Virus genome (UHGV): UHGV-0242533
DNA length: 64,000 bases
From: a virus
Direction: 5' to 3' (one strand)
Part shown: positions 57,278-64,000 of the stretch, one piece after another
Numbering within the stretch: the stretch's first letter is position 1
How the letters are laid out: each line of letters opens with the position of its first letter
Notes under the pieces: model-generated
The model's database searches: none
The model's input: only the letters and a program-made list of their open reading frames with translations
Told to the model about the DNA's origin: nothing
Translations under genes and position numbers: made by a program

Positions 57278-60235
57278 TTATCTTCGCCCGCCAACAGCAA
57301 ACTCAATAGTTAATCCATTGATAGCTGCATTACTGTTAACATCATTATCTATAACATTATAGAATAGATACGGATGGTTCAGTCGGACACCTACATGTCT
57401 GTCAACACCAATTGTATAAGACTTTTCACTGTGAATATGCCTATCCTCCTGATCAGAATACTGACTACCACCAGCTTGGAATATGTATGTACCTGACCCT
57501 GTTACTTGTGGACGGAACCTGTTTATGTGCTTCTGATTCCATTCATTAGTTACATTGTCAAAGTCTATACCAGTTCTCTCCAATCTCATCTCTAAGGGCT
57601 TCTTGACAACAACATCATTCAACCTATCATAAGAATAATCATAAGGGCCTATATCCACTTGGTAAAAACCTTTCATCCAAGAACCTACTACAGTAACTCT
57701 CTGACGGAAGTTAGTAGAATCCTTTCTCCACACAAGTTCATTGATTGATGGATCATCCCAAGTATACTCTTGGAAGTCAACCCAAGTGGGACCTTTCTCT
57801 AGAGTTGGAGGATCAACTAAACCAATACAATGAGAGAATGGGATTGTACGGAAAGACCATGTATCAAACTCGTAATTCCATACAGCTGCTTTAGTACAAG
57901 CAAAACTACCAGCAGGCTCTCCGGGTCCAACATAGAGAATCCAAACCTCTTTCTTATCTTGATGTAGATGAACCTTAGTGGCTAAAGGGTTTACTAAACA
58001 CACTTCGTTGATAAGCATATTCTTGACCCTGTTAGATGCAATAGACTTCTTGGTTGCACCATTGTGCAGAATAACGTCATTCTGAGTAACAACAAAATGA
58101 CCACTCTCAACTTCAACTACACACTCAGGTGCTAAGATTCCAGAATCATTGAAAAGCTTCTTGAACATTAGAGGTTGATATGTGTTGTTAGTTGGGGATC
58201 CGATGTAAGTCTCAAACTCTGTGTAGATAAATAGATAATCCTTAAGGGGGAGAATCTCAACTAAGCTGCCGTTTGAGTCAGCTAAATCTATATACCCGGC
58301 ATATCCATTTTCTAAAGCCTCAGTCTGGCCTACAACGTTTGCTGCTAAGTCTGAAGTCACATATCTATCATAAGCAAAGTCATCCCATAAAGTAGGTGCC
58401 TTGTTCTCATTAGCATAGTTAGACCAGCGAAGACGAAGTGGATAATGAGTAGTAACCCCTGATGCATTAGATTCTCGCATATTAAGAGCAAATAGTCGAT
58501 TATTAAATGCACGAATCCTTTCGCACTTCCAGTTATATTTTACAACAGAAGGGTTCCCATTAGCATCAACTATCGTCTGCTCTCCCCACCCCGGAAGATC
58601 TGTGAAGTATTCAGAGGCAAACTCTTTTACTTGAGGTGTTTCGTAGTGAGTGGTGAATACTGCGCAGTTAGAGATAATCGTATTATACCAAGGATATTCT
58701 TCAAATGCTTCATAATCTCTACGAGCTACCTGACTAGCAGTACAGGTTATCTTTACTTTGCCAGTCTTAATAGCAGTTAAGGTAAAGGTAGGCTCGGTAG
58801 TGGAAGTAGAGGATATGTACCCCGGCTGATCTACCACCCAACTGTAAAGATACTCTCCCTCAGGGAATGCAGTTGCAGTTATTACTAATTCATCTCCAAC
58901 ATCAATTTCAGTATCCACAATGTCCAGAGTTAAGGTTTCAAGCTGAGTTGACCTTGACATGGCTGCATTTATAGAATAAGCTTCAACGCCATCAACCATA
59001 GAGTAATCATAAAAAGGGTTTCCCTCTGACATTGCTGAGGTGTCGATATCTGAATCCGCAGAACTGGATTCTTCAGAAGGAGCTGATGCAGCGGCAAAAA
59101 GAGTCCTACTTGATAGCTCAACCCTGACATTACAAGTGGCTGTTCTCTCACCTTCTTCTGAAGTTGCTGTTATAACTGTAAATCCAGCTGTAAGCCCAGA
59201 GATAGTACCTTGAAGACCTGTTCCTGAAACAGTTGCAACATTTGGATTAGAAGAAGTCCAAGTTATTCTCTGATTTGCAGCGTTTGATGGGATTAAACTA
59301 GCATATAAAACATAGGAAGTCCCCCGGTTAATTTGTAAATCTGTTTGACTTAAAGATATGCTGTCAATCTGATTAATAACAGTAACAGAACATTCCGAGG
59401 TCTTAGACCCATTGCTTACAGTAATTAGTGCATTGCCTACCCCTTGAGCGGTTAGTACTGCTGTAGTAGTGTCACCGTTCGGCGCTACAGAGATAATTGA
59501 TGGATTAGAAGAAGTCCAAGTTAGTGGGGTCTTACTTGTTGTGGCTGTGAGCGTAGTTGTTCCACCTTTTCGAAGTTGAACAGAATCTCGGTTAAGAAAA
59601 ATACCAGAATCTGAATCGACAACCCTTACGGAAATACTGGCAGTAACAGACTCATCTTCATTAGAGATTGTAACAGTGAAGCTCCCCTCATTAGATAAGA
59701 CGCTCAATGTAGCTTTCTTACTGTCGTCAGGGTCAACTAATATTGAACCATAAGAAGGGTTACTAACCTCCCATACAAGAGATGGAGCAGTAACACCCTC
59801 CGGAAGAAGAGATACCTCGAGAGTCTTGCTTTCATTAAAACTCATAATAACAGATGTTTCTTTGGGGACAATCTCTGTTAGAACAGGGTTTATCTTAATA
59901 TAAGACACAGCTTTTTTGGTGACTGTAGCCACTCTTCGACTTACATCAACCATAGATTCATTATTTAGTCTAAAAATACTCTTATCTGTACCTACCAATA
60001 AGAAGCTATTATTAGCACTGAAGTAGTCAAAAGGCATTGAAGTGAATGATAGGGGTTTTATCTCTTTATCACTCTCAACGTAGGAAAGAGGGGCAGAGCC
60101 CCCCGTTTTAAATACACGCTGTTCTACAAACCGAGCGTTTATTGCATTGGTGAATGCATTAGGAGCCAGATCTGTAGGAGATTGGTCAGCAATAACACCA
60201 ACCGCACCCAAAGATTTTATTGGGTAGAGAGCCAT
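57278..60235 (-). CDS. large virion protein (985 aa) with three tandem bacterial Ig-like (BIG2-type) domains
   Basis: Three repeats ending SFTVTISNE...SISVRVV, ALITVSNGSKTSECSVTVI, FTVITATSEEGERTATCNVRVEL. Confidence 0.75.
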   Translation of the reverse strand: MALYPIKSLGAVGVIADQSPTDLAPNAFTNAINARFVEQRVFKTGGSAPLSYVESDKEIKPLSFTSMPFDYFSANNSFLLVGTDKSIFRLNNESMVDVSRRVATVTKKAVSYIKINPVLTEIVPKETSVIMSFNESKTLEVSLLPEGVTAPSLVWEVSNPSYGSILVDPDDSKKATLSVLSNEGSFTVTISNEDESVTASISVRVVDSDSGIFLNRDSVQLRKGGTTTLTATTSKTPLTWTSSNPSIISVAPNGDTTTAVLTAQGVGNALITVSNGSKTSECSVTVINQIDSISLSQTDLQINRGTSYVLYASLIPSNAANQRITWTSSNPNVATVSGTGLQGTISGLTAGFTVITATSEEGERTATCNVRVELSSRTLFAAASAPSEESSSADSDIDTSAMSEGNPFYDYSMVDGVEAYSINAAMSRSTQLETLTLDIVDTEIDVGDELVITATAFPEGEYLYSWVVDQPGYISSTSTTEPTFTLTAIKTGKVKITCTASQVARRDYEAFEEYPWYNTIISNCAVFTTHYETPQVKEFASEYFTDLPGWGEQTIVDANGNPSVVKYNWKCERIRAFNNRLFALNMRESNASGVTTHYPLRLRWSNYANENKAPTLWDDFAYDRYVTSDLAANVVGQTEALENGYAGYIDLADSNGSLVEILPLKDYLFIYTEFETYIGSPTNNTYQPLMFKKLFNDSGILAPECVVEVESGHFVVTQNDVILHNGATKKSIASNRVKNMLINEVCLVNPLATKVHLHQDKKEVWILYVGPGEPAGSFACTKAAVWNYEFDTWSFRTIPFSHCIGLVDPPTLEKGPTWVDFQEYTWDDPSINELVWRKDSTNFRQRVTVVGSWMKGFYQVDIGPYDYSYDRLNDVVVKKPLEMRLERTGIDFDNVTNEWNQKHINRFRPQVTGSGTYIFQAGGSQYSDQEDRHIHSEKSYTIGVDRHVGVRLNHPYLFYNVIDNDVNSNAAINGLTIEFAVGGRR

Positions 60236-60244
60236 ACTTCCTCC

Positions 60245-61048
60245 TTAACTGATACGTCTCCAGATATAAGCTGCACGGAATGGTGGTAACGTATTTATAG
60301 GTTGACGAGATACATCATCATAGCCAAATGTTGCACTACCCGTGATAGAGTGGGTGTGAGTATCAGAGCTTGTTACAGCAGAGTACCCACTACCGGGGCT
60401 GTACCAGTTAGGGGAGCTGTTATGACCACTAGCATCCCCTCGTCCAAATGTTGTAGTATGAGCGTGTGTATAATTAGAAAGAGAGAAACTAGAACCAGAG
60501 ATTGTAGTCAATGGCAAATTCTCAGTCTTAACAGTATTATAAACACGACCGCCAGTAGCACCCGCAGTAAACTCCACACGCTGAGCATTAGGGACTGTCC
60601 CATCAGGATTCACAATCCCAGCACCCATGATAACACCAGTAACAGCTGTCCAGATACCGAACCCTAAAGATGTAGAATCTCCCGGGTTAATATCTTCCTC
60701 AGTGATGTAATAAGACCCAACCCTGTAAATCTTATTTTGCATCCAGTTAAGCATAAAAGCTTCCATTTGAGCTTTGGTGGTAAAGTCATTATTACCAGTG
60801 CCTGCTGTGCCATTTTTAATCATTAGGCCACCAACATCCATATAATCTCCAGCAAAAGAAATTTTGTCAGAGATAGCGGCTAGTGTGTCAGAATCTACAG
60901 TCATAGGTTCTGTCAGATTGGGGAATGTGTTCTGTAATACCTGTTTAACTAGGCGCAGCTGGGCCGCACCCTCATAGATATAATCTCTATCACGAGGATA
61001 GAGAGGGTTTAAGTCGGTAACTACTACCGCATTAGTTTCAATAGCCAA
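60245..61048 (-). CDS. tail fibre-like protein with His-rich (H-x-H) motifs
   Basis: LSNYTHAHT and SSDTHTHSITG motifs near C-terminus. Confidence 0.55.
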   Translation of the reverse strand: MAIETNAVVVTDLNPLYPRDRDYIYEGAAQLRLVKQVLQNTFPNLTEPMTVDSDTLAAISDKISFAGDYMDVGGLMIKNGTAGTGNNDFTTKAQMEAFMLNWMQNKIYRVGSYYITEEDINPGDSTSLGFGIWTAVTGVIMGAGIVNPDGTVPNAQRVEFTAGATGGRVYNTVKTENLPLTTISGSSFSLSNYTHAHTTTFGRGDASGHNSSPNWYSPGSGYSAVTSSDTHTHSITGSATFGYDDVSRQPINTLPPFRAAYIWRRIS

Positions 61049-61060
61049 AAGGCACCTCCA

Positions 61061-61552
61061 TTAATATTTACCTTCGGTATAAAGATCAGCTTCTGCAACC
61101 CTTCTGTTATGAAGACCCTGACTTCTCCGCTTCTCTCCCTTGACCGTTATCTTATCCCAACGAAGAAACTCCGAGTATACATCACCTTTGACCTCTCCAT
61201 TGATAACCTTCCTTAACTTAGATGTGCTCAGTGCCCCACTGCCAACGTTGAAGTTGAAAGAGGTGAGTGCATCGAACTCATGAACGAGCAAAGGAACCTT
61301 TATGTTTTTTTGAGTAGCACGAACAGAGTCTTGTGTGTCTCTATCTAGCAGAGCTAGACAATCCTCTATAGAATATGTTAATCCTTGCCTAACCGGATAA
61401 CCATTCATATCGCGCGTAGCCCCTACACATATTGTCCAGATACCTGCGGAATCTTTATAAGCCTTAGTTCTCATACCCTCATGCTTCATGATGAATTCCA
61501 TTCCAGCTGGGCTTAAGTTTAAATGTACAGGTGGCAATGCGACGTTATCCAT
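61061..61552 (-). CDS. endolysin, GH24 lysozyme family
   Basis: FIMKHEGMRTKAYKDSAGIWTICVGAT signature. Confidence 0.75.
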   Translation of the reverse strand: MDNVALPPVHLNLSPAGMEFIMKHEGMRTKAYKDSAGIWTICVGATRDMNGYPVRQGLTYSIEDCLALLDRDTQDSVRATQKNIKVPLLVHEFDALTSFNFNVGSGALSTSKLRKVINGEVKGDVYSEFLRWDKITVKGEKRRSQGLHNRRVAEADLYTEGKY

Positions 61553-61581
61553 TTCTAACCTCCTTTTATGTTCCCTTTAAA

Positions 61582-61800
61582 TTAAGGTAGTATCTTTCTC
61601 AGAGCGTTAGATTCAGCATCAGGACAAATAACAACCAAGTTATTTTGAATAGTTCGCTGCTTGCATTGAGAGCTAAGTTTCTCAACAGGAGCTGGTGCTG
61701 TGACTAATGGATGGACTGCGTTAACAGGAACTGCTGTAGAGACTACAACCCCTGCACCTAAACAGGCTAAACCATAAACAGCTTGTTTCATCATTTTCAT
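61582..61800 (-). CDS. small secreted/membrane-anchored Cys-containing protein (possible lysis accessory)
   Basis: Signal-like N-terminus; adjacent to endolysin; GGAG RBS. Confidence 0.45.
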   Translation of the reverse strand: MKMMKQAVYGLACLGAGVVVSTAVPVNAVHPLVTAPAPVEKLSSQCKQRTIQNNLVVICPDAESNALRKILP

Positions 61801-61812
61801 TTATATGTCTCC

Positions 61813-61821
61813 TATACATCA
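61813..61821 (-). promoter_or_regulatory. phage-type promoter-like element TGATGTATA
   Basis: One mismatch to TAATGTATA on minus strand upstream of gene 61582..61800. Confidence 0.3.
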
Positions 61822-61901
61822 ACCTCTTTGGATATATTAGTTTCATTATCTATTAACCCTGTTTACTACTAACCCCCCTTTTTTCAGAGGGGTTATTTTC
61901 C

Positions 61902-63989
61902 TTAGCAGTATGAAAGTATAAACATTGACAGTTCATCATATCGGATACCATATCGATCACCCGCAGTGATTGTAACATTTCCTTCAGCATCTCTTTCGTC
62001 ATCCCACGTATCGTGACACCAGAAAGCGTAATCTTCAGGTCTCAACCCGTGTTTAGTGAGTATTGCAGCCACAGTCTGTGCGCCGACACCGAAATGTATA
62101 CGCGCGTCACGTTCACCTTTAATCGACACGCTATCTGCGAATTTAAATCTATAAATACTTGACTTAATCTCGCGAGCGGCCAGGGCTTCGGCTTCGGTAT
62201 TATCGTCAACGTGAACAATCTTGAGTCTCTCATCAGATGTATTAATCGTACCGGTACCTGCGTACACAGTCCCCCATCGCGTACTCGCCGCTCCAAGGTT
62301 GATATTGTTATCAGAACGAGGTTGAAAGTTAGTTCTATTCATACGAAGCTTTTCGTAACCACCTATCGCAAACGAATGATAGCCTGCTGAACTTACGGCG
62401 TTATACCACAGTTGTACATTAGGTTTAATACCACATTCAGAGATTAACTCCGAACCGCGATACACATGTTCAAGGTATGTACCAAGGTTGTTAGTATCAC
62501 TCACTCGGAAGTTTTTGATAACACGAGATTTGCCCGGGTAGCACTGGTTCCCTCCGCCGAAAACGAAGGCTGGCACGTCGCTATCTGTATCGGTGAATCC
62601 TGATGCTATAATTTTGTCCGTAGCGGCATTGATGTTTTTGAAATAAAATCCTGCCGCCAGTATCGCTGGCATTGATGCGTACGCACCACTGAAGCGGATA
62701 TGAGCGAGTGACTCACCACCTACAGGATATATGCCCACAGTGTCAAAATACAAACCTTGTACATTCTGACTGATTTGAACGCCTATGTTTCCTGCACGAA
62801 CGCCTATATGAGATGACACTAGTGAACAATCTCGGACAATGCCGTCGTTGCCGCCGAACTGAATATCAGCGTATACACCATTGGCATTCAGACTGTTTGA
62901 CTCGGCGTAAACCCCAATGAGAGAAACTACTGAAGATTCAATGTTCATGAAACCAGTTGGAATTGTTGCAGTCGCCGTTATGATAGCACCTTGTTCGCCG
63001 TTGTTTTCGATAGAGCCTTTCACCGTTACAGCAGCGGCGTTACGAATGTACAACCCTATCCCAGTGTTGTGTGACCACATACCTTCCCAGTGAGTGTTAT
63101 TGTTGTCACCTTCGAGACGTAAACCACCGCCACCGTTGTTGCGACAAACCAGTCCGCGAGCGAAAGTAGACCAACCGCGAGTGTGCACCATACCATGGCT
63201 AATTGCACCTGTCACAACAACATCATTGATGAAATCTGGTGACTGTGATGCGCAGGTAATGAAGGTGTTGGTTACTTTATTATTACCGTCCAATGTCAAA
63301 CTTTGCACAGATATGCGTTCGCGAACTGTTGCCAGATTGGTGAGACTTCCGCCAATCTTCAACAAGTAAGCACCTGTTTTATTCGCTCGAATCTTAGTTG
63401 CGGAGCTACCCTGACCTATAAGATAAATATCGTCGACAGAGGTTGTAATCTGCTGAACGTCATAGGTTTTCCCCATCAACTGGACTCGGCCGTTCACAGC
63501 AAGTGCTCGTTCAAATGCTCCCGTCCAGTCAGCTTCACCTGCTATGAAATGTTTCTCTGGTGTTTCGAAATCGATATAGTTGTTGAATATTTCGGCACGA
63601 AGTGTCAATGATGTACGGTCGGTCCATTGGGGGTCAGTAGGTGCACTTCCCGGTGCTACAACTTTAGGGTATGTACCTGCCCACGAGTAGGCACGCTGGT
63701 TAGTGACGTCGAGCAGAACATCAGTATATGAATTGAGGGTACCACCTTCTTCAAAACTACCAGTGACTAGGTTCATACCTACTTCGGCTAAGGAGTGTCT
63801 CCAAAGCGCTTTATCATAAGTGTTCATTGAGGTTTTAACTGCATTCAACTGACCTACTGTCACAGCATTACCCTCTTCTATACCATCTGGGATATTAATT
63901 GGTTGGGTAAAAGTTATGCTGTTGGTGAACGAGGTTATATCGGAATTCTCTCCACTCTTCGCAGCTACAAGGGCTAATCTAGCATTCAT
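61902..63989 (-). CDS. tailspike / tail fibre with beta-helix region and C-terminal intramolecular chaperone (peptidase S74-like) domain
   Basis: C-terminal ...NINLGAASTRW...SDERLK...GIRYDELSMFILSY chaperone-like region; N-terminus may extend past the window. Confidence 0.65.
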   Translation of the reverse strand: MNARLALVAAKSGENSDITSFTNSITFTQPINIPDGIEEGNAVTVGQLNAVKTSMNTYDKALWRHSLAEVGMNLVTGSFEEGGTLNSYTDVLLDVTNQRAYSWAGTYPKVVAPGSAPTDPQWTDRTSLTLRAEIFNNYIDFETPEKHFIAGEADWTGAFERALAVNGRVQLMGKTYDVQQITTSVDDIYLIGQGSSATKIRANKTGAYLLKIGGSLTNLATVRERISVQSLTLDGNNKVTNTFITCASQSPDFINDVVVTGAISHGMVHTRGWSTFARGLVCRNNGGGGLRLEGDNNNTHWEGMWSHNTGIGLYIRNAAAVTVKGSIENNGEQGAIITATATIPTGFMNIESSVVSLIGVYAESNSLNANGVYADIQFGGNDGIVRDCSLVSSHIGVRAGNIGVQISQNVQGLYFDTVGIYPVGGESLAHIRFSGAYASMPAILAAGFYFKNINAATDKIIASGFTDTDSDVPAFVFGGGNQCYPGKSRVIKNFRVSDTNNLGTYLEHVYRGSELISECGIKPNVQLWYNAVSSAGYHSFAIGGYEKLRMNRTNFQPRSDNNINLGAASTRWGTVYAGTGTINTSDERLKIVHVDDNTEAEALAAREIKSSIYRFKFADSVSIKGERDARIHFGVGAQTVAAILTKHGLRPEDYAFWCHDTWDDERDAEGNVTITAGDRYGIRYDELSMFILSYC

Positions 63990-64000
63990 AGCAGAAGTTG

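Overview
The window reads as most of the genome of a virulent, tailed, podovirus-like enterobacterial phage; no integrase, transposase, rRNA or CRISPR array was found. From memory it resembles phiEco32-like phages (phage-encoded sigma factor, TAATGTATA promoter elements, sigma70-driven early genes), but that assignment is unverified. Layout: the minus-strand late operon enters at the left edge (terminase large subunit 1-976, putative small subunit, two unknowns to 2518). A non-coding divergent region (2520-3690) carries direct repeats and pyrimidine-rich tracts and is probably the packaging/terminus region. A long plus-strand early/middle block runs 3.7-46.3 kb and a minus-strand virion/lysis block runs 46.3-64 kb, the two converging on a bidirectional terminator near 46.3 kb. 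The early region has sigma70-type promoters with AGTTGTTGACA boxes, three tandem strong promoters followed by a 0.9 kb ORF-free leader, secreted and lipoprotein genes, a collagen-repeat trimeric-autotransporter-like protein, a tRNA-Arg(UCU), and a seven-member family of about 75-aa paralogues. The middle region holds the main candidate system: a cluster (about 17.3-26.9 kb) of two amidoligases, a class-II glutamine amidotransferase, an ATP-grasp ligase and a gamma-glutamyl cyclotransferase-like protein. The replication module follows: a T7 gp4-like primase-helicase interrupted by a group I intron carrying an HNH endonuclease, and a family-A DNA polymerase split into separate exonuclease and polymerase genes 7.6 kb apart. 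Between the polymerase halves sit a CCA-enzyme-like nucleotidyltransferase, dCTP deaminase-like, Dps-like, thioredoxin-like, ThyX-like and PhoH-like genes. Further right are an SSB-like protein, HNH endonucleases, a spanin-like pair, an ECF-like sigma factor, a dNMP-kinase-like protein and a 5'-3' exonuclease. The late block encodes a 1436-aa virion protein, two Q/N-rich paralogues, a lytic transglycosylase, a 985-aa protein with Ig-like domains, tail fibre and tailspike proteins and a GH24 endolysin. All functional calls rest on motif recognition by eye; none was confirmed by database search.
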